Origin: Bdellovibrionota bacterium
Lineage (GTDB): Bacteria > Bdellovibrionota_G > JALEGL01 > DATDPG01
DNA length: 64,000 nucleotides
Direction of reading: 5' to 3'
Assembly (NCBI GenBank): GCA_963668355.1
Contig: OY764265.1
Location: forward strand, 1,792,001-1,856,000
Shown here: piece by piece, positions 19,217-29,039 of the stretch
Position numbering within the stretch: position 1 is the first letter of the stretch
Layout of the letters: every line of letters begins with the position of its first letter
Made by a program: the position numbers and the translations under genes
The notes under the pieces: model-generated
Told to the model about the DNA's origin: nothing
Database searches by the model: none
The model's input: only the letters and a program-made list of their open reading frames with translations

Positions 19217-19950
19217 AGCAAGGGGTGCAGCAGTTTGAGGCCATTGTTCTAAGAATGGTGGATTACGGAGAGAGTGACCGAATTGTCACACTTTTAACTT
19301 CCGAGCATGGCCATATCTCTGCCTTTGCTGCATGCGCTCGAAAGTCGAAAAGACGATTCAACGGAAGCTTGGATTTGTTCTCTCATCTTTCGGTTACAGC
19401 TTCTCCTCCTCGAACTTCTCAGAAGCAATTGTGGAGATTGTCGAAAGTGGATCTGATTGACCCCCACTTGAATTTAAGAAAAGACCTGAGTCGACTGGCC
19501 ATGGCTAGTTATTTGGCAGAATGTTTATACCTATTGGGAGGAGAGGGAGACCCCCAACCTTTGCTCTTTGCTTGGTGGAAGACGACTTTAGGGAAACTTT
19601 GTGACGATCGTTTTGCGTATGAAACCGACTTTAAGTTTGATTTAGAATTGTTTGCTTTGTGCGGCTATGCACCTCGTTGGAACCGATGTACGGTCTGCGG
19701 GAAACTCCCCCAGGGAAATCGCCTGTTTTTCTCGTACGCCCGTGGGGGAATTACCTGTCAAACCTGTCGCGTTTCCGAAGATGGTGTGTGGCTGGACCCC
19801 CAAATGGTGAGGACTCTCGCTTCAGGCGAACCCCTTGGAGCCCATTTTCAATCTGATCTGGGAAAAACCATGGATGGATTCATGACGCATACGTTGGGAC
19901 GAGAACCCAAAAGTCAGAAATTTCGAAATGAGGTGTTACGTGGATGTTGA
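19213..19950 (+). CDS. recO: DNA repair protein RecO
   Basis: DYGESDRIV, ARKSKRRF and C4 zinc finger. Confidence 0.93.
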   Translation: MKQGVQQFEAIVLRMVDYGESDRIVTLLTSEHGHISAFAACARKSKRRFNGSLDLFSHLSVTASPPRTSQKQLWRLSKVDLIDPHLNLRKDLSRLAMASYLAECLYLLGGEGDPQPLLFAWWKTTLGKLCDDRFAYETDFKFDLELFALCGYAPRWNRCTVCGKLPQGNRLFFSYARGGITCQTCRVSEDGVWLDPQMVRTLASGEPLGAHFQSDLGKTMDGFMTHTLGREPKSQKFRNEVLRGC

Positions 19951-20710
19951 AAAGCTCTTCAAGCAACTGTTAGAGATTATGAATACATTAAGAAGTCCGG
20001 GAGGGTGTCCCTGGGATCGAGAGCAGACTCATGCTTCTTTAAAGCCCTACTGCATTGAAGAGGCTTACGAAGTGATTGATGCGATTGAGAAAGGGGACGA
20101 TTCTGAATTGGCCAGCGAATTGGGGGATCTCCTTTTACAGGTGGTTTTTCATGCGCAATTGGCTAGCGAGGAAGATCGCTTTTCCATGGCAGATGTTCTT
20201 TCCTCGATCAATGAGAAGCTCATCCGAAGACACCCCCATGTGTTTCGAAAGGAAGAAGGAGACGAAGTCGAAAATGCCAAAGAAGTCCTGGGGCGATGGG
20301 CGGAAATCAAAAAGACCGAGGGAAAAAAGGCGATCTTGGATGGAATTCCAAAAGATCTTCCCGCTTTGTTAAGGGCCTCACGCGTAGGAGAGAAAGCGGC
20401 AAGTGTGGGTTTTGATTGGCGACGCAAAGAAGATGTTTGGAAAAAGATCGAAGAAGAAATGGAAGAGTTGGATCAGGCTCAATCGCATGAAAAGCGAGAT
20501 GAAGAGTTTGGAGACTTGCTCTTCGCTTTTACGAATCTTGCCCGGCATCTCCACATTGATTCCGAAACTTCCTTGAGAAAGGCGACGTTGAAGTTCGAAG
20601 GTCGATTTCAAAAAATGGAAGAACTATGCAAGCTTCAGGGGAAAGAAGTGAAAGAATGCTCCTATGAGGAGCTGGATGATCTTTGGAACCAGGTAAAACG
20701 CGCCAACTGA
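19928..20710 (+). CDS. mazG: Nucleoside triphosphate pyrophosphohydrolase MazG
   Basis: GCPWDREQT, EEAYEV, ELGDLL, RRHPHVF and GFDW. Start may be a few codons later. Confidence 0.96.
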   Translation: MRCYVDVEKLFKQLLEIMNTLRSPGGCPWDREQTHASLKPYCIEEAYEVIDAIEKGDDSELASELGDLLLQVVFHAQLASEEDRFSMADVLSSINEKLIRRHPHVFRKEEGDEVENAKEVLGRWAEIKKTEGKKAILDGIPKDLPALLRASRVGEKAASVGFDWRRKEDVWKKIEEEMEELDQAQSHEKRDEEFGDLLFAFTNLARHLHIDSETSLRKATLKFEGRFQKMEELCKLQGKEVKECSYEELDDLWNQVKRAN

Positions 20711-20715
20711 CGTCC

Positions 20716-21324
20716 ATGGAAACCCTCTCCTCTAGACCCAACGTCCTTCGAAGAATGTACGATTGGGTGGTCCATTGGGCCGATCACCCTGCTGGATTGT
20801 GGGTGTTGTTTCTTCTCGCGATCGCGGAATCTTCTTTTTTTCCCATTCCTCCGGATGTGCTTTTGATTGCCTTGGCTTTCGGCAAACCTCAAAAAAGTTT
20901 TTCTTTTGCGGGCGTTTGTTTGGTGGGCTCTCTGATTGGTGGCGTGTTGGGATACTATATCGGTTGGGGGATATGGAATGTGGTTCAGGACTTTTTCTTT
21001 ACGTACGTGTTTTCTCGTGAAGTCTTTGAATCTGTGGGGTCTCTTTATGGCCAGTATTCGTTTTGGGCCATTTTTGCTGCGGGTTTTACGCCCATTCCCT
21101 ATAAGGTATTCACGGTTTCAGCCGGGGTGTTTCAAATCAATTTTTGGGGGTTCTTGCTGGCCAGTCTTCTTGGACGGGGAGGTCGGTTTTTCTTGGTGGC
21201 CGCGTTGATTCGAATTTTTGGTGAAAAAGCTCGCTATTTCATCGAAAAATATTTCAATTTGGCGGTGTTGGTCTTTACGGTGCTTTTGATTGGAAGTTTT
21301 TTTCTGATTAAGTTTTTGATCTAG
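20716..21324 (+). CDS. YqaA/DedA (VTT-domain) membrane protein
   Basis: AESSFFPIPPD, FTPIPYKVFT and GRGGRFF motifs. Confidence 0.92.
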   Translation: METLSSRPNVLRRMYDWVVHWADHPAGLWVLFLLAIAESSFFPIPPDVLLIALAFGKPQKSFSFAGVCLVGSLIGGVLGYYIGWGIWNVVQDFFFTYVFSREVFESVGSLYGQYSFWAIFAAGFTPIPYKVFTVSAGVFQINFWGFLLASLLGRGGRFFLVAALIRIFGEKARYFIEKYFNLAVLVFTVLLIGSFFLIKFLI

Positions 21325-21327
21325 TCT

Positions 21328-21510
21328 TCAACAAGCGAGGGGCATGTGTTTTTCTAATCCGCTCTCCAGTTCTTCCATCGCTTCTCGAATTTCTTTTTCG
21401 TGAACCTGTTTCGCCTCCCTTACTTCAGCTTGAAATGTCTGAAGAATGTCTTCCATCTCACGGAGAAACTCATTCGATGCGGAATTCTTTAAGGACTTGT
21501 TGGCGTTCAT
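21328..21510 (-). CDS. Small acidic helical hypothetical protein (60 aa)
   Basis: Fills the gap between genes, has coiled-coil-like composition, and is preceded by a sigma-54-like promoter. Confidence 0.55.
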   Translation of the reverse strand: MNANKSLKNSASNEFLREMEDILQTFQAEVREAKQVHEKEIREAMEELESGLEKHMPLAC

Positions 21511-21524
21511 GCAAAGGATTCAAT

Positions 21525-21540
21525 TCAAGGGCTGTACCAA
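21525..21540 (-). promoter_or_regulatory. Candidate sigma-54 promoter for the 60-aa ORF
   Basis: TTGGTAC-AGCCC-TTGA, with GA instead of GC at -12. Confidence 0.5.
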
Positions 21541-21556
21541 AACTGAAACTCAATAA

Positions 21557-21569
21557 AATCAGCGACTTA
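21557..21569 (+). promoter_or_regulatory. IHF-like binding site
   Basis: AATCAG-CGAC-TTA matches WATCAR-N4-TTR, located just upstream of the sigma-54-like promoter. Confidence 0.5.
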
Positions 21570-21648
21570 ACGCGTCGCAACAGCCTAAAAACCTCCCTAG
21601 GGGGAACAGGGGATGAGACAAAAAATTCCCCCTTTTCGAAGGGAAAAG

Positions 21649-23295
21649 CTAATTGATTGGCGTGAGATTTACACCCAACGCCAACGTTTCAGTTCCCTCA
21701 AATGTGAGATCGACTTGTGTGTAGGGTGGAATGGAAACTCGAACAAAGTTGATGCCACTGACAAAAAGGTTTCCGTTAAGTTGTTTCGAGGCGTCTATGG
21801 CAATGTCCTTGAGTAAAATGGGACCTTCCAACAGGACGGGCTCTCCCAAAGCACTGATTCGCGAAGACCGAAGACGAATATTGCGCGTGATCTCGGTGAA
21901 CGGATCCGAAATCTCAGGCCATAGGTGATAGGAAGGGCTCTCGGTAAATTCTGTATTGTCTAAGGCCAAAAGGGCTGCATAGTCTCGATACAGTTCAAAA
22001 AAAGATTTTCCGGTGGCGTTTTCAATATTCGAAATCCCCGTCTTAGAACTCGAATTCAAGGATCTCAAGAAATCCACTCCAGCACCAGATATGTCTCCGG
22101 CTTCTGTTGCCGAGTAATTGGCTCCACCCGCTTGTTGGAATAAATACAGTAAAAATAACATGGCCCCGCCTCTCCGAGGCAAGGAGTCCCCTTGTGAAAC
22201 CACTTCGCAAAAACTGGCTCCTTCAACGGTAGATGAACCGTCTCCTGCCAGAGAAGTATGTTCCAAACATTCCAGGTAAATTTGAATCAGAAGTGGTGTG
22301 TCTACTCCCCATCCAACAAGCTCTTCAGCCAAATGAGCCTGACCTTCGTTGAGCCAAAGGTCTTCGGTGATGTAAAATAGTCCGCCGGTATCGTTATAGA
22401 GGGGAAGCGTTTTGGTGGCGAAATTGATTAAATGAAATGTTTCGTGGGCAAGCGTGGCATGAACCAATTCAATTGGGACTTCTTCGCTTGGAACGTGCGT
22501 ATAGACAATTTCCTGTTGATTGCTTCTCAAAGAAGCCGAAGCCCCATCGGGGAGAAGATCGAGCGGGCGAAAAAATCCCAATTCATTGGAGCGAAATCTT
22601 TCTTTCGAAGCCAAAAAAAGATGCACTCGATTATTTCCATCAACATCGGAAGGTTGGCCAAAAAGCGTTTCGAGACGCGGTAATGAAATGTCGGCGTAGG
22701 CGGTCATGATCGTCTGGATTTGATCTTCTGAAATCTCCTCGTTGTCTCGGGTATCTACATATATGGCTACCTCATCCGAGTAGGCTCGAAGGGTTCCAGA
22801 GATGGGGGTATTTGTTTCTTCATCAAAGGGAGAGTAAAGATCGATGTTCCCACTGATCAGTGTTCGAGTCAGATCTTTCCGAATCGTGTTGTTCTCAAAA
22901 TATGCTTGAAAAAGCCAGGGAGCTGCATTTTTCATCTCCCATGCTTCCTTGAGAAACTCAGCAAGGCTGCTGTTTCGTTGTTCTTGGCGACGAATCCGCT
23001 CGATCAAACGGCGCGTGTCGGGAGAAATTATTAGTTCTGAAAGAGAAATCGTTTCTGCACTTCCCCCACTTTCAAGAAGATCCATCTGGACAGAATAGTT
23101 TTGCCTTCCGGCGGCCGTCGAGTCCGGAGCTGAAAAGGGGGCGACCAGGTAACTCTGAGTCGTGGGAAGAGAGGGAAGTGTTTGACGAGCTACGCCATTT
23201 CGCACATCCACCGTAATCAAATCTCCTGAAGGCGTTTCGCCGCAGGCACTTACCAAAAGTGAAAAAAGGAGCAGCGAAAAAAAACGAGCGATCAA
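21649..23295 (-). CDS. Lipoprotein zinc metallopeptidase (M30/hyicolysin-like)
   Basis: Lipobox LLVSA-C, DVDGN, TLAHETFH (HExxH) and WLNEG. TTG at 23295 overlaps the radical SAM stop (TTGA). Confidence 0.75.
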   Translation of the reverse strand: MIARFFSLLLFSLLVSACGETPSGDLITVDVRNGVARQTLPSLPTTQSYLVAPFSAPDSTAAGRQNYSVQMDLLESGGSAETISLSELIISPDTRRLIERIRRQEQRNSSLAEFLKEAWEMKNAAPWLFQAYFENNTIRKDLTRTLISGNIDLYSPFDEETNTPISGTLRAYSDEVAIYVDTRDNEEISEDQIQTIMTAYADISLPRLETLFGQPSDVDGNNRVHLFLASKERFRSNELGFFRPLDLLPDGASASLRSNQQEIVYTHVPSEEVPIELVHATLAHETFHLINFATKTLPLYNDTGGLFYITEDLWLNEGQAHLAEELVGWGVDTPLLIQIYLECLEHTSLAGDGSSTVEGASFCEVVSQGDSLPRRGGAMLFLLYLFQQAGGANYSATEAGDISGAGVDFLRSLNSSSKTGISNIENATGKSFFELYRDYAALLALDNTEFTESPSYHLWPEISDPFTEITRNIRLRSSRISALGEPVLLEGPILLKDIAIDASKQLNGNLFVSGINFVRVSIPPYTQVDLTFEGTETLALGVNLTPIN

Positions 23296-24383
23296 AGAAA
23301 CTCGCGAATTCGTTTCAAATTGATGGGCGTTTGCGCCTCTCCTCGACATCCATACCAACATAGCGTGCATTCCTGGGCTTCGAAACTTTTCTTGTGGTCG
23401 TACTCGTCCCAAAAAACAACGGGAGGAAGTTCGGAACAAGGTTTGTACCAGCCCTCAGGTGTTACCTGAATCCAGCGAAGGCCCGCAGGACACCCTGAAA
23501 TGGGCTCGTGTCGATAGTATTGGGGCATGAGTGAAAGGAAAAAGTCCGAAGATCGAATGGTTTTAAACCTGCGTTTGAATTGGATGAGTTCTTGAATGAC
23601 TGTGGGAAACGAGTCCATTTTGTCTTCCGCCAAGAAATGGGTGTCATTCATGTTTTTTAAATCGCTATAGGAAGAGTAGCTCACGGTTACGCCCCAGCTT
23701 TTCGCAAGTTCAGCCACTTTGAGCGTTTGGTCGAAGTTGCTGTCCATGATGATCCAATTTAGATTGACCGCATCAAAGCCAAGGGATTTTAGTTGGGGCA
23801 CGATCCACTGAATGTGTTCCCAGAGTCCTGGAAGACCGCGATTCTTGCTATGTCGTTCATCCAGATAATCCAAAGAAATGGAGATTTGATCCACGCCGGC
23901 CTCTCGAAGTTCTTTGGCCTTGGGAAGCGTGAGCAACGAAGCATTCGTGATCATGGCGATATAGCTGACGGGAACGGCCTTCTTAATATTGTAAATAATC
24001 TCAGGCAAGTTCGGGCGAAGCAGGGGTTCTCCTCCTGTGATCGTGATCATCATGGGATCGATCTTTTTAACGATGGGCCCGAAATCATCGATGGCATTTT
24101 CTTTTTTGGTTTTCCAATAGTCACAAAAGTCACACTTCGCATTACATCGCTTGGTGACTTCCAGGTTGATGGAAATCGGTCGTTTCTGAATGACGTTACG
24201 GTAATATTTCATCGCCAGCTTGAAACGGGATGTGGTCGGCTTGTGAGGACGGGGATGATGTGAATAATGTTTCCTCGTTGGCTCTTCTTCGGGTTGAGGA
24301 AGAGGGGCCACATTGGCTGTAGGTAGATTCGAGAGCGTATTCTCCGCACGTTCCGTGGGGGTATTTTTCTGTGCAAGTTTCAC
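23292..24383 (-). CDS. Radical SAM protein with C-terminal Twitch/SPASM-like cysteines
   Basis: CNAKCDFC, GGEP and ISLD; C-terminal CPAG…KPC…CTLCWYGC. Confidence 0.92.
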   Translation of the reverse strand: MKLAQKNTPTERAENTLSNLPTANVAPLPQPEEEPTRKHYSHHPRPHKPTTSRFKLAMKYYRNVIQKRPISINLEVTKRCNAKCDFCDYWKTKKENAIDDFGPIVKKIDPMMITITGGEPLLRPNLPEIIYNIKKAVPVSYIAMITNASLLTLPKAKELREAGVDQISISLDYLDERHSKNRGLPGLWEHIQWIVPQLKSLGFDAVNLNWIIMDSNFDQTLKVAELAKSWGVTVSYSSYSDLKNMNDTHFLAEDKMDSFPTVIQELIQFKRRFKTIRSSDFFLSLMPQYYRHEPISGCPAGLRWIQVTPEGWYKPCSELPPVVFWDEYDHKKSFEAQECTLCWYGCRGEAQTPINLKRIREFL

Positions 24384-24446
24384 AACGGCTTCACTTTCTT
24401 TGAGATTTCGATTTCATGACTTATATCATGAAAACCGCTTGTATTT

Positions 24447-25103
24447 CTATTCACATCCTGTGGTGAGGGAACTTCCCTTTGCGAAAAAGGATTGGTCCAA
24501 GCCCTTTTTGCCTAATGTCACCCCTTGAATCAAGCCCCCGCTGATGATTTCCAACTCTCGGGCCCGAGTTCCAGGTTCCAGGTTTGGGTTAGAAAGCACA
24601 AATTGGTAGCTCGCGTCAACACAAGAAGATGAGGGGGAAGTCCCTCCACAAGCTCCTGAATTTGCACATTTTTTTGGTAGGCCTGTGCTGTCGAACCACA
24701 CCACGCAAGTTGGGGTGACGTTATTATTGCATCCGGTGTTTCCTGAAGGAGCAAAAATGACGCTTTTTTTGAGTTGGGTGGTCGCAATTTCACGGGCTCC
24801 ACCAGCATCCGAACAAGCACCGGTATTCCCATGGTTGGAGGCGAGGTCTGCCCAAAGCGTGGCGGAAATCGGGTCTGAAGTTGCATCGAATGTGACGCAG
24901 GTCCAGTAGGAGCGGGAGGAAGCCTCGGCTTGCGCACGTTGGAAAAAATTTTCAAGTTCTCCGATAGATCCCAGTAGGCGTTGTTTTGGGATATACCCGC
25001 GCATGGAAATCAAGGCCAAGGAAAGGATGGTGGCCAGAATGGCTAAGGTGACCATCATTTCCACCAAGGTGTAGGCTTTTGAGGGAAGTTTCTTCATGAC
25101 CAA
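24447..25103 (-). CDS. Type IV pilin/pseudopilin (FimT/GspH-like)
   Basis: KA|YTLVEMMVTLAILA class III signal with E5, followed by an amphipathic helix (RAQAEA). Confidence 0.82.
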   Translation of the reverse strand: MVMKKLPSKAYTLVEMMVTLAILATILSLALISMRGYIPKQRLLGSIGELENFFQRAQAEASSRSYWTCVTFDATSDPISATLWADLASNHGNTGACSDAGGAREIATTQLKKSVIFAPSGNTGCNNNVTPTCVVWFDSTGLPKKCANSGACGGTSPSSSCVDASYQFVLSNPNLEPGTRARELEIISGGLIQGVTLGKKGLDQSFFAKGSSLTTGCE

Positions 25104-25113
25104 GATTCCTTTT

Positions 25114-25560
25114 TTAGGGTTTTAATAAGAATGAACCGATCAAAAGCAAGGAGACACCCAGAATTCGTGCTGCACTGACGGGGGTTTGTGGCATTCCCAA
25201 CCATCCAAAATGGTCTACTAAGAGCGCCACAGCAAATTGAGAAAAAATCATCAAGGACATGGATAGAGAGGCCCCCAGCTTTTGAAACGTGAACATGGCT
25301 CCTCCAATGATCACAACGCCCAAACTTCCTCCCAGGAGGAGTGGCCAGGGAACGGAGGAAAGGGGGGGCAGTTTAGGGGCCAAGGCGGAGGCTCGAGCCA
25401 GTCCATAAAATAAGACGGCTACGGTGAGTTGAACCACCGAAGAGATGACCAAGGACATGGGGATACCCATTTTTGCGCGCAGGGCTGTGTTGATCACTCC
25501 CTGTGCGGTCATAGATATCCCAGCCACAATGGCCAGGAAAACACAGAAATAAAAAATCAT
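25114..25560 (-). CDS. DMT-family transporter (YdcZ-like)
   Basis: AG….QG.IN, GG.LG and DHFGWLG motifs. Confidence 0.88.
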   Translation of the reverse strand: MIFYFCVFLAIVAGISMTAQGVINTALRAKMGIPMSLVISSVVQLTVAVLFYGLARASALAPKLPPLSSVPWPLLLGGSLGVVIIGGAMFTFQKLGASLSMSLMIFSQFAVALLVDHFGWLGMPQTPVSAARILGVSLLLIGSFLLKP

Positions 25561-26522
25561 ATGTAAGAGATATTCTCGCTGAATACGACCGGGGGCACAA
25601 ATTTTCTCAATCGATCAAACAATCTTCCAAAGCGCACGCCTCGATCCATGACCTCAAAGGATGGGTTTTTAAACTTCAGCATGAGTTGCTCGATGATCAA
25701 GGCTCCCGGAAGAACCACATCCACACGTCGGGGATCCATCCCCGGAAGTTTGGCGCGTTCTTCGCGGTTCATTTGGGCCAGTCGGTTCACCCAATTCGAA
25801 ACTGTTTCAAGAGTCAGTGTGTGTCCGGAGACATGGTTTGGGTGATATGTTTCGAGCTTTAAATCCAATGAAGCCAAAAGGGTGAATGTTCCTGCCGTCC
25901 CAAAGTAACGATCAAGTTGTCCCAAAGGGACCAATCGAGATAAAGCTTTTTGGATTTCTTTTCGGGCTACCTCCAGATCCTCGGGCTTAACGGGATCATT
26001 GTGAAAGACTCCTTCCAACAACTTAACCGTTCCCAAGTTTAAACTTCGTCCTCCGTCGAATCTTGACCCGATTCCCCAGGTAATTTCTGTGGAGCCTCCT
26101 CCGATATCTACGACCATGGTTCGTGGTTCATCATGCAATTCTGCGGTTACCGAAAGGTAACTCATTCGAGCTTCTTCGTTGGGCTCCAAGATCTCAACGT
26201 CGACTCCGGAAGTTTCCTTGAATTTTGCGAGCGCCTCTTGTGAGTTTGAGGCCTCTCGGGCCGCAGATGTAGCGGAAACAAGGATTTCCTCCGTTTCGAG
26301 AGATTGAGCCTGTGCGACGTATTCTTTCAGCTGTGTGGACACTCGTTCAATGGCTTGCGCGGATACTTGCCCCGTTTTTCTCAGACCTTCACCGAAGCGA
26401 AGAATGCTACTTTTGTCGGCTAATGCCGTAATTTTTCCCTCTTCGTTTCTTTCGGCCACCAACATGAGGAGAGCGTTGGTGCCAAGGTCAATGATGGCAA
26501 GGCGTCTTTTTTTATAAGTCAT
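25557..26522 (-). CDS. Ppx/GppA-family phosphatase
   Basis: IDLGTN, ATSAAREA, EEAR and DIGGGSTE. The MTYKK start overlaps the tolB stop. Confidence 0.93.
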   Translation of the reverse strand: MTYKKRRLAIIDLGTNALLMLVAERNEEGKITALADKSSILRFGEGLRKTGQVSAQAIERVSTQLKEYVAQAQSLETEEILVSATSAAREASNSQEALAKFKETSGVDVEILEPNEEARMSYLSVTAELHDEPRTMVVDIGGGSTEITWGIGSRFDGGRSLNLGTVKLLEGVFHNDPVKPEDLEVARKEIQKALSRLVPLGQLDRYFGTAGTFTLLASLDLKLETYHPNHVSGHTLTLETVSNWVNRLAQMNREERAKLPGMDPRRVDVVLPGALIIEQLMLKFKNPSFEVMDRGVRFGRLFDRLRKFVPPVVFSENISYI

Positions 26523-27832
26523 GATTTGGGTCCCCAGGTTGGCATGGCATGTCTCCATGGTTTGTGTGTTAAACGTATTTGATGGGTTCCATCTGCACGC
26601 ATGGAATATAAGTGATATTGGCCCTCGCGATTGGAACAGAACACAATTAACTGTCCATCCGGAGACCAAGAGGGTTCTTCATTGTTTTTTGAATCGTACG
26701 TGAGACGAATCATGTCTCCGCCTTCACGATTCATGGAAAACACATCGAAAAAACCATCGGTATCCATTCCCGAAAAGAGAATTCGATCTCCTTTTGGAGA
26801 CCAATCCGGAGCGGTGTTGTTGAGTCCTCGGTACGTCAAGCGTCTGGCGCGTTCGTTTCCTTCGGACTTTCTTCGGTAAATTTGAACACTTCCATCGCGA
26901 TCCGAAACAAAAACCAAATCTTTGCCATCCGGTGAAAACGAGGGGTTGACGTCTGTGGCGAAATTTCGTGTGAGGCGTTCAACGACATTTCCTTCAAAGT
27001 TGAGGAGGTAGATCTCGGAGTTTCCGTCTTTTGTCAGAGCGGTGGCAATCAGTTCATGGCTGGGATGAAGAGAGGTCCCGATGACCATTCGAGGGAAAGA
27101 AGAAATACGAACATTTTTGTCCGTTTTCATGTCGTGACGATAAAGTTGAGGAGGTTTTCCATTTTGACCAAAGGCCGTGTAATAAATCGCGGTTCCGTCT
27201 GCGTTCCAGCTTGGAGACATCACAATCGATTTGTGGTTGGTGAGTTTTCTTAAATTCTCACCATTGAAATCAATGACATAAAGCTCCTTGTTTTTGCCCG
27301 CTTGGGCGACGAAAGCAATCTGGGTTTCGAATAGACCTGTTTCTCCCGTGAGAACCTGGATGATCTCATTGGCGAATCGATGAGCCACGCTTGACACGAG
27401 GTTGGAATCGGCCTCATACCTTTTGGCCAGGAGTTCTTTTTGAAGGAGAACATCGAATAGGCGAGGCTCAAATATGACTCGTTCTCCCTTTATTTCGTAG
27501 GTGGCTTTGATCAGGCCCAAAGCATCCAGGACCGCCCAACTCGCAAAATCGATGTCTTTGGCGGAATGAGCCTTCTTGGTCGGGCTTTCCAAAAAGGCAT
27601 TTTCTGGGATGAAACGAAAAACGCCCATCATTTCCAGGTCTTTTTGAACGGTGTCGGAAAAAAGTTTCCCTAAGTTTTTCGGATCCGCCGGAGCTCCTTC
27701 CAGCAGAGGAGGAACCAAAGCAAGGGGAAATGATCGATTGGATGCTCTCGTGATGTCGATGTAAATTTTTGCCTGTGCGGTCTCTGAAAGAAGCACGAAA
27801 GCAACCAAAATGAATGTAAAAAATTTTGCCAT
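26519..27832 (-). CDS. tolB: Tol-Pal beta-propeller protein TolB
   Basis: TolB N-domain (AHRFANEI) plus PD40 repeats (PSFSPDG, PSWSPDG); operon context. Confidence 0.94.
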   Translation of the reverse strand: MAKFFTFILVAFVLLSETAQAKIYIDITRASNRSFPLALVPPLLEGAPADPKNLGKLFSDTVQKDLEMMGVFRFIPENAFLESPTKKAHSAKDIDFASWAVLDALGLIKATYEIKGERVIFEPRLFDVLLQKELLAKRYEADSNLVSSVAHRFANEIIQVLTGETGLFETQIAFVAQAGKNKELYVIDFNGENLRKLTNHKSIVMSPSWNADGTAIYYTAFGQNGKPPQLYRHDMKTDKNVRISSFPRMVIGTSLHPSHELIATALTKDGNSEIYLLNFEGNVVERLTRNFATDVNPSFSPDGKDLVFVSDRDGSVQIYRRKSEGNERARRLTYRGLNNTAPDWSPKGDRILFSGMDTDGFFDVFSMNREGGDMIRLTYDSKNNEEPSWSPDGQLIVFCSNREGQYHLYSMRADGTHQIRLTHKPWRHAMPTWGPKS

Positions 27833-27840
27833 CAGTCTTT

Positions 27841-28629
27841 CTATTTTCGGTTCAAATCGAAGTTAATACTAATCCACTCTCCTACAATGTCTTGTGCTAA
27901 TTCGGAAGGGGGGGAGGGAAGTGGACTCGACTTTCGTATCGCCCTTAACGTAGCGCTGTCAAATGAGGGGTTTCCAGAGCTATGGACGAGTTTTGGGTTT
28001 AAAATGTTTCCAGCGGCATCGATTTGAATGTCTACAGTTGCAGTTGGGGGAGGGGGCTGTAGCCAAATCAGGTTATTCATCAGAACCGCTACAATTCGCT
28101 CCCGGTAGCTTGCAAAAATGGGGTTGCCGCCCAACATTCCGGCAATTCCGCCTGTTGGACTTGCCGTAACATCATCTTTTCCTTCTCCGGAAGATGGAAA
28201 ATTATCCGGTCTGGGTGTGGGTTCGGTTGCAACATCGCTGGAAAGGCTGGCCAATGCATTTTTCATGGCCTCTTCTCGCGCTTTGGCTTCTGCTTCTTCC
28301 TTCTCCTTTTGAATTTCCTGTTTCGTTTTTTTTGGCTTGGCCGAAACGACCTTCTTGGCTGGGGTGCGGGTTTTCTTCATTTGGGGTTTGGCTTGGACTC
28401 GAGGGCCAGGAAGTTTGTACTTGGGCGTTTTTTTTGCGGACTTAACTGTGTGGGCCCACATGACATTTACCGGGGCCGAAGCATTTAATTTCAGATGGTT
28501 GAGAGAGCTTCGATGACTTTTCCAGCCGATCCAAAACATCATCAGAACGTGGAGAGCAACGGAAATGATGATCATTCGGCGGAAACTTTCGGTGTCCGAT
28601 TTCTTGATCGTAAGGGCCTTGGAAGTCAT
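27841..28629 (-). CDS. tolA: TolA/TonB-family energy transducer
   Basis: S..LH TM anchor, Lys/Pro-rich stalk, SSGNPSFDSA..RAI C-domain; lies between tolR and tolB. Confidence 0.82.
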   Translation of the reverse strand: MTSKALTIKKSDTESFRRMIIISVALHVLMMFWIGWKSHRSSLNHLKLNASAPVNVMWAHTVKSAKKTPKYKLPGPRVQAKPQMKKTRTPAKKVVSAKPKKTKQEIQKEKEEAEAKAREEAMKNALASLSSDVATEPTPRPDNFPSSGEGKDDVTASPTGGIAGMLGGNPIFASYRERIVAVLMNNLIWLQPPPPTATVDIQIDAAGNILNPKLVHSSGNPSFDSATLRAIRKSSPLPSPPSELAQDIVGEWISINFDLNRK

Positions 28630-29036
28630 TTTTCGGGTTCGGTAATCATGCCCATTCGGTCAATCCCCGCGTTTTTGACGTTGGCCATGACTTTCACGAC
28701 GAATCCATAGGGAATTCGTTGATCGGCTTGGAGATAGATTTCCTTTTTTCTTTTTTCGCGGAACATTTCACGAAGTTTCGGTGTAAGTTCCTGTAGGGAC
28801 AGTTTGTGCTTGGAAATGGAAATTTCCTTCTTATGATTGATTTCCAAAACGACATCATTTGGTTTGACAGCGACCGATTGAGTGGAGCGTGTTTCAGGTA
28901 AATCCACATCGACTTGCTGTTGAATCATCGGTGCAGTAACCATAAAGATCACCAAAAGCACCAACATGACATCCACGAACGGTGTCACGTTGATTTCAGA
29001 GAGGGCCTCGTTTTTGTCACCCAACTGAAAGGCCAT
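28626..29036 (-). CDS. tolR: TolR/ExbD
   Basis: EINVTPFVDVMLVLLVIFMVTAP motif. Confidence 0.93.
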   Translation of the reverse strand: MAFQLGDKNEALSEINVTPFVDVMLVLLVIFMVTAPMIQQQVDVDLPETRSTQSVAVKPNDVVLEINHKKEISISKHKLSLQELTPKLREMFREKRKKEIYLQADQRIPYGFVVKVMANVKNAGIDRMGMITEPEK

Positions 29037-29039
29037 ACG

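Noticed and set aside
21328..21510. 60-aa ORF as a RiPP precursor for the radical SAM enzyme
   Set aside because: No leader/core pattern, no transporter or RRE recognised, and it appears to have its own promoter; left unsupported.
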